Shown piece after piece: positions 46,206 to 55,360 of a stretch of DNA of 55,360 nucleotides. The notes under the pieces were generated by a model. The model worked only from the letters and a program-made list of their open reading frames with translations, was not told the DNA's origin and made no database searches. Both the position numbers and the translations under genes were made by a program. Location of the stretch: NCBI GenBank assembly GCA_044868045.1, contig JBIOWA010000215.1, positions 1 through 55,360 of the forward strand, given 5' to 3'. How positions within the stretch are numbered: the stretch's first letter is position 1; the number at the start of each line of letters is the position of its first letter. The DNA is from Candidatus Limnocylindrales bacterium. GTDB taxonomy: Bacteria > Chloroflexota > Limnocylindria > Limnocylindrales > CSP1-4.

Positions 46206-47786
46206 CTAGTCTCCTTGCCAGTACTGCTGGGCCTTCTTCCATACGATCCGAGCAGCGAGGCGACCCGTCGCCCGCGCGTCGATGTCTCCCTGCTCGAAGT
46301 GGATGCCGCCGTAGCGGCGTGAGAGGCCTGCTTGATTCGCCGCGTCGGAGAACGTCACCCAGGAGAGCGTGACGTCGTCCGACGGGACGGCCCCCGGTTC
46401 GATCCTCGAACTCCCGGCACGCACGACCGTCGAGCCGCCGAACCGATCGCTGCCGGTGAAGAGCTTCAGGATCTCGGCGCCGGCCGCGCTGAAGTTGCTG
46501 TGCCCGGACGAATATTCGGGAAATGGCGGCGTGGGGAAGGTCGTCGGCTGGTACGGGAACCAGGCGGACCCGTCGATCATCTTCGTTCCCTGATATGGGC
46601 CCGCCCAGGCCCGCACGGTCTGTCCTCGGAAGAGTGTGCGGATCGCGGTGATCGGCCTCACAGAGTTGAAGGCGCGCTTGTTGTCCCACGCGCAGCAGCC
46701 CGCGTCGGAGATCGCGTTGGTGAGGGCAAAGAACAGCTTCACATCCCGCGCGACTCCGTAGGAGTGGATCCCGTGGTGATCACGGCGGGATACGAACTGG
46801 GCGAATAGGTTCCAGTGTCCAGGCGGAAGCTCGGAGCGCGGCCCATCCGACCAGTACTCGGCGATCGATTTCTGCTCATCGGTCAGGCCGGCGCTGATGT
46901 CGAGGAGGTCGCGCGCCTGGGACATGTACTCGGCCGACCCATACCTGGCCGGACCGCTTGCCGGCCGCAACGACCCCGGAACGACGGCGAATGTCGTGAC
47001 ATGTGGCCACTGGGCGCCAACGAAGGCTTGCGTGACCACGCTCCCGCTGCTATCGACGTACCGCAGCGGCTGCCAGGCATTCGGCTCATGAACAAGCGTC
47101 TCGTCAAACGGAACCCGGATGTCCATCGGGTCGTTGACCGGCACGCACCCTGTGTAGTCGGAGTAGGCAACGCCGGGGTTGCCGCCGAGTACGTCACCGA
47201 GTTGATTTGCGCCGTCGCCGTGGTGGGCATCGAGCACAGCCGCAGCCGCAACATTGCCGATCCCCGTCGGCGTCGAGGTGTCGGTCGAGGCGTCGGCGCG
47301 GTCATACCCGAGCGTCCGCATCAACGGGTCGAAGACCGTTGATCTGCTGCCCGGAAGGAGGTCAACGGCCGCGCGATAGGCAGCGAAGCTGATGGCCCGT
47401 TCCAGGTTCGCGAGTGTTCGCTCGCGTGCCGGCCGGCGCAGGGAGCCGCCAAGCAGCGTTCCGACGGCTTTGTGGTCGTACGCGGCCCAGGCATCGTAGA
47501 TGCACGTGTGAGCGATGGCGAGAGCGCGAGCGACCATCGGTGGACCCAGCTTCGACTCGCGCACGCCCTGGAGGAGCGCTTTGTTCCAATTGATGACGAC
47601 GCTGTCGCGGGACTGGGCGGCCCGAGGAAGTTGTGCGGCCAAGGCCGCCTCTGGAACTCCCGGCAGCAGGAGGAGGGCGCCACCCGCACCCGCCGCCACG
47701 AGGAACCGCCGGCGAGAAATGGCGTTCTCCGACGTGCAAGGACCTTCGCGGCTGCCTCCAGGAGGTTGCCCAGGCTCGGGTTTCAT
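46206..47786 (-). CDS. Tat-signal vanadium-haloperoxidase-like / PAP2-superfamily enzyme
   Basis: Twin-arginine motif SRRRFLVAAGAGG. N-domain LGPPMVARALAIAHTCIYDAWAAYD. Site motifs KRAFNSVRP, EYSSGHS and SRRYGGIHFEQGD are all intact. Start uncertain (no SD at 47786). Confidence 0.85.
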   Translation of the reverse strand: MKPEPGQPPGGSREGPCTSENAISRRRFLVAAGAGGALLLLPGVPEAALAAQLPRAAQSRDSVVINWNKALLQGVRESKLGPPMVARALAIAHTCIYDAWAAYDHKAVGTLLGGSLRRPARERTLANLERAISFAAYRAAVDLLPGSRSTVFDPLMRTLGYDRADASTDTSTPTGIGNVAAAAVLDAHHGDGANQLGDVLGGNPGVAYSDYTGCVPVNDPMDIRVPFDETLVHEPNAWQPLRYVDSSGSVVTQAFVGAQWPHVTTFAVVPGSLRPASGPARYGSAEYMSQARDLLDISAGLTDEQKSIAEYWSDGPRSELPPGHWNLFAQFVSRRDHHGIHSYGVARDVKLFFALTNAISDAGCCAWDNKRAFNSVRPITAIRTLFRGQTVRAWAGPYQGTKMIDGSAWFPYQPTTFPTPPFPEYSSGHSNFSAAGAEILKLFTGSDRFGGSTVVRAGSSRIEPGAVPSDDVTLSWVTFSDAANQAGLSRRYGGIHFEQGDIDARATGRLAARIVWKKAQQYWQGD

Positions 47787-47873
47787 GGAGCGACCCGAGT
47801 CGTGGAGGCCATGCGATCTTGTCGGGCAAGAAGAGGGCGCGCAGCGCCTCCTCCTTGCCCGCACCTCGAACGT

Positions 47874-48485
47874 CTAGTGAACGTGGAAGAGCGTGCGGCC
47901 TGCGTCAACGTCTGCGAGCGGCGCCGGGACGTTGTAATACGTCTTGTAGCCCTTCGTGGTCGCAATGCCCTCGAAGATGCCTGGAGGCGCGCCTGGTCCG
48001 TGACAACCCACGGTGAGGACACCCGATTGCCCGTCCGAGAACTCGATCCTCAGAACAGCAACCCCGTTGGCTCGTTCTGTTGTATCACCCGTATTGTCAG
48101 TGACCGGGAAGCCCCCGATGAGGAGGGTCTGGGCACTGGCGAATTCCCAGGCGACCAGCTCCTTGACCTCGTAGGTGCCGCTTCCCCCAGTGGAGGTCGT
48201 CCACGTGCCTCCTCCGGTCACTGCACCGGAGCCCCCGTCGCTGCCACTTGGTGCCACGAACGTGCCGGATCCCGTAAGCGTGATCGTCTCGCCGTCAGGT
48301 GCCGTGGCCGAGGCCACACCGCCGGGGTCAAAGGTGACAGGCGGGGGTGGGGCGATGGGGATGGGCGACACGTGGACGATGTCCCACCGAACATGCTGAG
48401 CACCGCCGGCAGCAGCTGAAAATGGCAGGACAACGGCGAGCCCCACAACAGGCAAAGCCAGGAGTCCAAGCTTCTTGATTCTCAT
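47874..48485 (-). CDS. Secreted protein, family not recognised (Gly/Thr/Ser-rich)
   Basis: ATG 48485 after GGAAGGA. Signal peptide MRIKKLGLLALPVVGLAVVLPFSAAAG. Confidence 0.7.
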   Translation of the reverse strand: MRIKKLGLLALPVVGLAVVLPFSAAAGGAQHVRWDIVHVSPIPIAPPPPVTFDPGGVASATAPDGETITLTGSGTFVAPSGSDGGSGAVTGGGTWTTSTGGSGTYEVKELVAWEFASAQTLLIGGFPVTDNTGDTTERANGVAVLRIEFSDGQSGVLTVGCHGPGAPPGIFEGIATTKGYKTYYNVPAPLADVDAGRTLFHVH

Positions 48486-48540
48486 TTCCGTTCCTTCCAA
48501 TCCGGTTGGCGGAGGCAAACGCGTGGAGCGCGAATGACTG

Positions 48541-49044
48541 TCACGGCCAGATCGTGATGTGGCCCGTCTTCATTGTTGCCGGGCCGAACGCGCCGACACC
48601 TGGCACCTCGAGGAGATGCCAGGCGACGCCGGCGCCTCCGGCGCTTTGGGTCGACACGAAGGGAACATCGGGCACCGTCACGGCCAAGCGGCCGGTGGAC
48701 GTGGTACCGATAACGTGAATGGTGGCCGAGCCTCGGAAGGTCGCGACACCGCCGCTAACGCTGAGCGACCCCGGCGTCACTCGACCTTGCACCAGCATCT
48801 GCTGGACGTTCGCCCACGGTCCGAAGGGGAACCCGCCGGACCGCCCGGCCATCACGCATAGAAACGAGCCACCTGAACTGGTGGCCGTGAACGCGAGTTG
48901 TGACGTCGTCCCAAGCGGTCCGTCGACGACGCCGCCACCGCGAACTGCGGGTCCAGTCGATGCGGCTGCCGACGGTGCGAGCGTCATGAGGCTCGTCGCT
49001 AGCAGGAGCGGTGCTATCCGCCGAAGAACTAGAGCAGCTGCCAT
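48541..49044 (-). CDS. Secreted protein, family not recognised
   Basis: ATG 49044 after GAGGAGGA. Signal peptide with an A-x-A site (LAPSAAAS). 22-nt gap to the next gene. Confidence 0.7.
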   Translation of the reverse strand: MAAALVLRRIAPLLLATSLMTLAPSAAASTGPAVRGGGVVDGPLGTTSQLAFTATSSGGSFLCVMAGRSGGFPFGPWANVQQMLVQGRVTPGSLSVSGGVATFRGSATIHVIGTTSTGRLAVTVPDVPFVSTQSAGGAGVAWHLLEVPGVGAFGPATMKTGHITIWP

Positions 49045-49570
49045 ACGTCCTCCTCAACAGGGAGGCGCGGCGGAGGTTCCTAGGGCCGGTTCGGGTGCCG
49101 TACTCCCCCGCGGCAGGCGCCTAGGACTCGGTCTTTCGGCACACGTCACGTCTCGAATGCGGCCGTTGGCCCAAATATCCTGCTGGTGGTGCATCGCGTC
49201 AACCGGGCGGGACGCAGGTGGTGTCCATGCGCAACGCCGTTTCTCAAGGGTCAACCCGTTGGCGCGCAGTTGCGGGGAAGCTCCGGAGGGGCCAATCGCG
49301 ACGCCGTTCGTCTCAGCTTCCTGGCGCGGCAAACCCACGCTCAAAGCCAGATGGCGATCGTCGCTCTTGCGATCCGCCTCGCAGTCCGCGTTCTCCCCGC
49401 GTCGCCAGAGTCATAGGCTAATTCTTGATCGGCGCCGACAAACTCAGCGATAGAGCGGCTGTTTCGTAAGGCTCCCGCGCTATGCGCAGTGCTACCGTGC
49501 TCAGAGGGCCGATACAAAAGGTGGGATCGGGACGGCTACCTCCTGCGCACTCGTCGCTCGCGGCCATCGC

Positions 49571-50191
49571 GTGGCGTTGGTGGACGTCGAGCGGGCGGGC
49601 ATCGATAACCTCGCGGCCGAGTTCGGACCGAACGCGTTGGCGGTTGCGGCCGACATGACGGACCTAGACTCAATGGAGAACGCTGTTGCGGCGACGATCG
49701 GCGCGTTCGGCCGGCTCGACGTCGTGCTCGCTAACGCCGGCATCGAGATCCTCGGAACGGTCGTGGCGATGCCTGCGGCCGATGTCGAGCGCGTGATTGA
49801 GGTCGACCTGCTCGGTGTATGGCGGACCGTCCGCGCCTCCATGCCCGAGGTCATCCGCAATCGAGGCTACGTTGCTGTCGTGACCTCGATCTCGGGCGTC
49901 ACGCCCGGATCGTTCAACGCCGCATACAACGCGGCAAAGGCGGGGGTAGTCGCCTTCGCCAAGACCCTTCGCCTCGAGCTGCGGTCGCATGGCACTGCGG
50001 TGGGCACCATCTACTTCGGTTATGTGGATACCGAGACCGCCCGGCGGTCAGTCGGGCACCCCGCGACGGCACCCATCATGGCGAGGATGCCGAAGCGGAC
50101 GCGCGAGCCCGTCCCAGTTGAACACGCTGCCGGCGCGATCGTGCGAGCCGTCGAGCGACGCTCGCGCCGGGTCGTCACCCCCCGTCACTAA
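49571..50191 (+). pseudogene. SDR-family oxidoreductase lacking a translatable Rossmann Gly-motif
   Basis: Catalytic region is intact (NAAYNAAKAG = Y-x3-K). The first in-frame start, GTG 49571, lies after the in-frame ..DTKGGIGTATSCALVARGH.. segment. The nearest ATG (49482) is in another frame. Confidence 0.55.
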
Positions 50192-50391
50192 CCCTGAGCG
50201 TCCTCGCCCCGGAGCTTGTCCAATCTTTGAGCGAACGCTGGGTTGGGCGCGCTGACATCCAGTGGAGAGAATGAACCGAAGGGAGAAGAGCGCTGACGGA
50301 TGGGAGGTGCAAGTCGAACTGATGTACGCCTTATGCGGCCGGAACGCCGTGGCTGGGAGGCAGGTCGTCTGAGTGCGCCTCGCAAACGCTG

Positions 50392-51606
50392 CTAAGCCTC
50401 GTCCAGCCGGGCGATCGCCATCTCGGCCAGATGTGAGCCGATGGCAAGCGAGCTCGTCGCTGCAGGTGATGGGGCATTCCTGACGTGCATGACGCGTCGA
50501 CTGCCCGTGAGCTTGAAGTCGTCAAGGAGCGTCCCGTCTGACGCGAGGGCCTGCGCGCGTACCCCGGACGGACCGAACCGCAGGTCGTCGGCACGGATCT
50601 CCGGGACGTACCGCCGCAGTTCGGCGACGAACGCCGATTTCCACCAGTCGCGCCACATCTCGGCGAGGCCCGTGCGCAGGTACTTGGCGGCCAACCGCTG
50701 GAACCCACGGAACGCGAGCGTGGCGAGAAGCTCGCGGGGCCGGACGTCCCGTCGCCGATATCCCTCACGCGCGAAGGCCAGGACGGCGTTCGGGCCCGCC
50801 CAGACCGCGCCATCGATGCGCTTCGTGAAATGGACGCCGAGGAACGGGAACCGCGGATCGGGGACCGGGTAGACGAGGCCACGGACGAGGTGGCCGGCGG
50901 ACGGCTCGAGCGTGTAGTAGTCGCCGCGGAACGGGACGATCCGCGGATCCGGGTCGTCGCCGGTCATGCCGGCGAGCTGATCCGCCTGGAGCCCGCCGCA
51001 GACCACCACGAGGCGGGCGGTTCGTGGCTCCGCGGTCGCCGCGGTCACGACCACCTCGTTCGATCCGATCGACATGCCGCTGACGCGGCAGCTCGTGACG
51101 ATCGCACCGCCACGTGCCGCGACCTCGTCCGCCAGGGCCAGGGCGACGCGCCGGAAGTCGATGATCCCGGTCGTCGGGCTCCACAACCCACGGATGCCGG
51201 CGACATGCGGTTCGATCTCGCGAATGCGCGCGGCGTCGACCTCCTCGAGGCCCGGGACACCGTTCTCCGCGGCCCGCACGCGTAATGCCTCGAGACGCGA
51301 CAACTCGCGCTCATCGACCGCGACGACGAGCTTGCCGCATCGCTCGAACGGGATGTCGTGCACCTCGGCGAACGCCTCGATCGCGGCCTTGCCCTCGCGG
51401 CACAGGCGCGCCTTCAACGAGCCCAGCGCGTAATACAGGCCGGCATGGAGGACGCCGCTGTTGTGCCCGGTCTGGTGGGTCGCCAGCTCGTGCTCCTTCT
51501 CGAGGACGGTCAACCGCAGCTCGGGTCGAGCTTCCAGCAGCCGATACGCCGTCGCCAGGCCGAGGATGCCGCCGCCGACGATGATGATGTCGGCCTGTTC
51601 CGTCAC
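50392..51606 (-). CDS. lhgO: L-2-hydroxyglutarate oxidase-like FAD oxidoreductase
   Basis: DIIIVGGGILGLATAY...LEKE...HQTGHNSGVLHAGLYY. GTG start at 51606. The 618-aa ORF-track extension is spurious. Confidence 0.85.
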   Translation of the reverse strand: MTEQADIIIVGGGILGLATAYRLLEARPELRLTVLEKEHELATHQTGHNSGVLHAGLYYALGSLKARLCREGKAAIEAFAEVHDIPFERCGKLVVAVDERELSRLEALRVRAAENGVPGLEEVDAARIREIEPHVAGIRGLWSPTTGIIDFRRVALALADEVAARGGAIVTSCRVSGMSIGSNEVVVTAATAEPRTARLVVVCGGLQADQLAGMTGDDPDPRIVPFRGDYYTLEPSAGHLVRGLVYPVPDPRFPFLGVHFTKRIDGAVWAGPNAVLAFAREGYRRRDVRPRELLATLAFRGFQRLAAKYLRTGLAEMWRDWWKSAFVAELRRYVPEIRADDLRFGPSGVRAQALASDGTLLDDFKLTGSRRVMHVRNAPSPAATSSLAIGSHLAEMAIARLDEA

Positions 51607-51731
51607 GACGGAAGGGTCACGGGAAACGGGACGTCGAGGTGTTCGACGAGCCTCGCCGTCCAGGTCTGGAGGGGCGTGACCGGAACGGCGAGGCCGTCGA
51701 CGGGATCGGCGGAGACGGGCACGAGGCGAGA

Positions 51732-52760
51732 TCAGGCAGTCGGTGACGCCGAGGGAGTCTGGGCCGCGACGACGCCGTGTTCCGCTGCCATGAGGCGGCC
51801 CTCGGCCGCGAGTCCCCGGTAGATATCTGCAGTGGCGGCGATCGCATCGCGGTACGGGGTGACTGGCACCGCCCCCAGCTCCGCGACCCGGTCGTGGGCG
51901 ATGTCCGATGGGAACGGCAGCTCGGTCGGGGCGAGCGACAGCAAAGTGGCTGCGCCCGGGACGGCCGCGTCGATCGCGGCGACCCAATCCTCGAGCGCGA
52001 CACGGCTGCCGCCCAGATTGAAGACGCGTGCGTCGCGGGCCTGGCTGCGGCTGGCGAGAATCAAGGTTCGGGCGACGTCCTCGGCGTACTGGAAGAGCGT
52101 GCTGCCGCCGAAACTGATCTCGAACGGTACGCCGAGCACCGCCGCCGCGATGGCCGCCGTCGGGCTGCTTGTCATGCCCTGGTCCCGCCCGGCACCGTAG
52201 ACGGTCATCGGCCGGATACCGACGCTCGCGACGCCCGTGTCCGCCCAATAGATCTTGGCATTCCCTTCGTTCGCGAGCTTATAGACACCGTAGTGGTTGC
52301 CGGGGCGGGCGATCGCATCCTCCTCCAGCCTCCCGGTCGCTGGGTCGGCGTCACTGGGCGAGAACATGCCGATGGAGCCCGTGTACACGACCGGCGTCGC
52401 CACCCGACCCTGCCGCCGAACGGCCTCGAACACGTTGACGGTCCCGGTGACGTTCACCTGCGCGCCGAGCGGTGGATCCGCCCGGCAGAAGGGCACCTGG
52501 AGGGCAGCCAGGTGGATGACGTTGGTGATGTCGTGCTCCTCGAACGCGCGTTCGATGGAGGCCAGGTCCGTAATGTCGCCCTCCACGAGCCGGACCTGCG
52601 CCAGCTCGTCCGGGGTCATGATCAGCGCGAGTCGCCGTGAGTCGCGCCCGAGGTCGAAGCCGACGACCGGGGTCCCCTCCCGGACCAAGGCCCGGACCGT
52701 CCATGCACCGATACACCCGAGTGCGCCGGTGACGAGGAACCGTTCCTCCCGGGAGCTCAT
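51732..52760 (-). CDS. NAD-dependent epimerase/dehydratase-family (extended SDR) protein
   Basis: FLVTGALGCIGAW, VIHLAA, YGVYKLANE. Confidence 0.85.
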   Translation of the reverse strand: MSSREERFLVTGALGCIGAWTVRALVREGTPVVGFDLGRDSRRLALIMTPDELAQVRLVEGDITDLASIERAFEEHDITNVIHLAALQVPFCRADPPLGAQVNVTGTVNVFEAVRRQGRVATPVVYTGSIGMFSPSDADPATGRLEEDAIARPGNHYGVYKLANEGNAKIYWADTGVASVGIRPMTVYGAGRDQGMTSSPTAAIAAAVLGVPFEISFGGSTLFQYAEDVARTLILASRSQARDARVFNLGGSRVALEDWVAAIDAAVPGAATLLSLAPTELPFPSDIAHDRVAELGAVPVTPYRDAIAATADIYRGLAAEGRLMAAEHGVVAAQTPSASPTA

Positions 52761-53641
52761 GCCGAGACCTCGACGCTGTCGAACCGACAGACGTTCTCCA
52801 GTCGACCGACCCCATCGATCTCGACGACCACGCGGTCACCGTTGCCGAGGAAGCGTGGCGGCGACCGGAACGCACCGACGCCGGAAGGCGTGCCGGTCGC
52901 GATGACGTCCCCCGGATCGAGCGTGAAGGCCTGGGAGCAATGACTGACGATCTCGGCCACGGTGAAGAACATCTCGGAGGTATTCGACTCCTGAAGAACC
53001 TCGTCGTTGACCAGGCAGCGGATCGCCAGTCCCTGGGGATCGCTAACCTCGTCGGCGGTGACGATCGCCGGGCCCATCGGGCAGAACGTGTCGAGCGATT
53101 TACCGCGGACCCACTGCCCGTCGCCGAACTGGAGGTCGCGCGCGGAAACGTCGTTCAGGCAGGTATATCCGAGCACGTGGTCGAGCGCGTCCGCCCTGGA
53201 TACCCGCCGAGCGCGACGGCCGATCACGACGCCCAGCTCCGCCTCGTAGTCGACCTGGGTCGTCAGAGCAGGGTCCCAGCGGATGTCGGCGCCGTGACCG
53301 ACGACGGCGCTCGGCCACTTCGCGAAGATCAGCGGTGCCGGCGGGGGTTCGGCACCCTCCTCGGCGGCATGCTCCCGGTAGTTGCGCCCGATCGCGATGA
53401 CCTTCCCGGGCCTTGGCACGGGGGCCAGAAGGTCCGCTGCCCCGAGTGGCTGGCCAACCTCGGCGATCTTGGCGTGCGAAGCTGCGATGCGCAGGGCGTC
53501 GACGTCGACCGGGTCCCCGTGGAGCAGGTCATCGATCGTGGTCGGGCCGGCGCTCAGGAGTTCTGCAGCCGGCACCCAATGACCGTTTCCGAGCACACCC
53601 AGGCGCTCGCCGGCAGGGGACCCGACCGAGATCAGACGCAC
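52757..53641 (-). CDS. Fumarylacetoacetate hydrolase-family protein
   Basis: VIAIGRNYREHA...DYEAELGVVIG...GYT..NDVSARD...GKS.DTFCP.GP...GDVIATGTPSGVG. Confidence 0.9.
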   Translation of the reverse strand: MRLISVGSPAGERLGVLGNGHWVPAAELLSAGPTTIDDLLHGDPVDVDALRIAASHAKIAEVGQPLGAADLLAPVPRPGKVIAIGRNYREHAAEEGAEPPPAPLIFAKWPSAVVGHGADIRWDPALTTQVDYEAELGVVIGRRARRVSRADALDHVLGYTCLNDVSARDLQFGDGQWVRGKSLDTFCPMGPAIVTADEVSDPQGLAIRCLVNDEVLQESNTSEMFFTVAEIVSHCSQAFTLDPGDVIATGTPSGVGAFRSPPRFLGNGDRVVVEIDGVGRLENVCRFDSVEVSA

Positions 53642-53744
53642 TGGAACTCCAAGCTGGTGTTCAGCATTCTGGCCGTTGGACCGAGGACTGGACGATACGA
53701 TACCCTCGGAACCGCGTCAACCGTACCGCAGCAGCCGGAGCCCC

Positions 53745-54776
53745 ATGACGATCGACCACGCCGAACGTGTCCCCCTCGGTCGGACGGGCCTCGAGGTCAC
53801 GCGCCTCGCCTTCGGTGGCGCATCGATCGGCGGGCTCTTCAAGTGGGTCGAGGACGACGATGCCGTCGCCACGGTGCGCCACGCCTGGTCCCTCGGCGTG
53901 CGCTATTTCGACACCGCACCGCTGTACGGCTTTGGGGCCTCCGAGCGGCGGATCGGGCAGGCCCTTGCCGGCCGGTCGCGTGACGGATTCGTCCTCTCGA
54001 CCAAGGTCGGGCGGCTCGTCCGGGATGCGTCGGCCATCCAGCCGGGCGCCGACATCGATCGCCAGCTGCTCGACGGCCGCGAGGACGCGTATTACGTCGT
54101 TCGAGCACCGGTGCGGATGGTGTTCGACTACAGCGCCGACGGCGTGCGCCGGTCGCTCGAGGAGAGCCTTGGGCGGCTCGGGCTCGAGCGGATCGATATA
54201 GCCCTCATCCATGACCCGGATGAGCATTGGGCGGAGGCCATCGACGGAGCGTGGCCGGCGCTCGAGCGGCTCCGTGCCGAGGGTGTCATCCGGGCGGTCG
54301 GCGCGGGGATGAACCAGTCGGCGATGCTAACCAGGTTCGTGCGTGAGACGACGATGGACGTCGTCCTGGTGGCAGGCCGCTACACGCTGCTCGACCAGTC
54401 GGGGCTGCACGACCTGCTGCCGGCGTGTCTGGAACGCGGCGTGTCGGTCCTCGTCGGCGGGGTCATGAACAGCGGGGTCCTGGCCGACCCACGTGGCGGT
54501 GCTCGCTTCGACTACGCGCCGGCGCCAGCCGACGTGATCGAGCGGGCCCGACGTATCGGTGAGGTCTGTGCCCGCCACGACATCCCGCTCCGGGCGGCCG
54601 CGATGCAGTTCCCGATGGCCCATCCGGCGGTCGCGTCGCTCGTCGCCGGCGTCCGCTCGATCGACCATCTCGACGAGTACCCGGCCCTGCTGGGACACGC
54701 GATCCCGGCCGACCTCTGGTCGGAGCTGCGCGACGAGGGCCTCATCGCATCGGATGCGCCGGTGCCTGTCTCGTGA
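53745..54776 (+). CDS. Aldo/keto reductase (aldose/fucose dehydrogenase-like)
   Basis: LGRTGLEVTRLAFGGASIG...GVRYFDTAPLYG.G.SERRIG. Divergent from the FAH gene. Confidence 0.9.
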   Translation: MTIDHAERVPLGRTGLEVTRLAFGGASIGGLFKWVEDDDAVATVRHAWSLGVRYFDTAPLYGFGASERRIGQALAGRSRDGFVLSTKVGRLVRDASAIQPGADIDRQLLDGREDAYYVVRAPVRMVFDYSADGVRRSLEESLGRLGLERIDIALIHDPDEHWAEAIDGAWPALERLRAEGVIRAVGAGMNQSAMLTRFVRETTMDVVLVAGRYTLLDQSGLHDLLPACLERGVSVLVGGVMNSGVLADPRGGARFDYAPAPADVIERARRIGEVCARHDIPLRAAAMQFPMAHPAVASLVAGVRSIDHLDEYPALLGHAIPADLWSELRDEGLIASDAPVPVS

Positions 54777-55360
54777 CCGTCGATGCGCACCACCACTTCT
54801 GGGACCCGGCCCGCGCGGATTATCCGTGGCTCACCGAGGAACTCGCCGCGATCCGTCGTGCCTTCACGCCCGATGATCTCGCGCCGCTCATCGCGGCCGC
54901 CGGGGTCGAGGCGACCGTGCTCGTCCAGACCCGCTCAAGCCTCGACGAGACACACGACTTCCTGGCCACGGCCGCCGCCACGCCGTTCATCCGGGGCGTC
55001 GTTGGTTGGGCCGACCTGACCGACCCGAGGGTCGCCGACGTGCTCGCCGAGCTTCGGGACGGTCCCGGCGGCGACCGGCTGGTCGGGATCCGGCACCAGG
55101 TGCACGACGAGCCAAACCCGGCATGGCTGCTGCGCAACGACGTCGGGCGCGGGCTCCGTGCCGTGCGGGACGCGGGGCTCACGTACGACCTGCTGGTCCG
55201 CTCGCGCGAGCTCCCCGCTGCCATCGAGGTCGTGCGTCAGATCCCGAACCTGCGCTTCGTGATCGACCACCTCGCCAAGCCGTCCATCAAGGACCGCGTC
55301 ATCCAGCCATGGGCCGACCTGATTCGGCCGTTCGGAGCGCTCGACAACGTCTCGTGCAAG
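54773..55360 (+). CDS. Amidohydrolase-2 family lactonase-like protein (3' partial; not in the ORF track)
   Basis: GTG 54773 overlaps the AKR stop (GTGA). My own translation gives VTVDAHHHFWDPARADYPWL...IRHQVHDEP...FVIDHLAKP, open to the window end. Confidence 0.85.
   Translation, partial: MTVDAHHHFWDPARADYPWLTEELAAIRRAFTPDDLAPLIAAAGVEATVLVQTRSSLDETHDFLATAAATPFIRGVVGWADLTDPRVADVLAELRDGPGGDRLVGIRHQVHDEPNPAWLLRNDVGRGLRAVRDAGLTYDLLVRSRELPAAIEVVRQIPNLRFVIDHLAKPSIKDRVIQPWADLIRPFGALDNVSCK

Overview
High-GC (about 70% by eye), densely coding chromosomal segment with frequent GTG/TTG starts and 1-8 nt gene overlaps. It looks like an Actinomycetota-like Terrabacterium. CofE is a stand-alone 255-aa protein, not the mycobacterial FbiB fusion. 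Recognisable content, in order: three paralogous sensor kinases and one orphan KdpE-like regulator; CorA; topoisomerase IB; an ABC-2 exporter pair; a GT4 glycosyltransferase; ChrA; AceE; PncA; a 5'-3' exonuclease; IMPase; MTAP; an F420 block (cofD, cofC, cofE plus LLM oxidoreductases); an HTH/PIN toxin-antitoxin pair; TrxB; an MsbA-like ABC exporter; OsmC; argC-J-B-R-G behind twin ARG boxes; and a fucose-type sugar-acid catabolic cluster at the 3' end. The best candidates for something undescribed are these. (1) A visibly lower-GC, minus-strand block at about 45.6-49.0 kb. It encodes a Tat-signal enzyme with an intact vanadate/phosphate site (VHPO/PAP2-like), co-oriented with signal-peptide proteins I cannot assign to any family. 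One of these has a frameshifted paralog, and decayed DNA lies beside the block. (2) A 16-nt AT-rich motif, TGTWATGCGGWTGCAA, present three times and each time upstream of a small general-stress-type ORF. One copy heads a roughly 200-nt structured leader. (3) A MIRU-like minisatellite of 51/62-63-nt units in a 523-bp repeat-dense spacer. (4) A glycosyltransferase ORF with no stop codon that runs in frame into a small conserved gene with its own Shine-Dalgarno. (5) A corA whose conserved region has no canonical start codon and begins exactly at the stop of a coding-looking 48-codon upstream ORF. No CRISPR array, IS element, integrase or rRNA was seen, and only a degenerate tRNA-like fragment. 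Family calls rest on motif recognition by eye. No database search or statistic was run.
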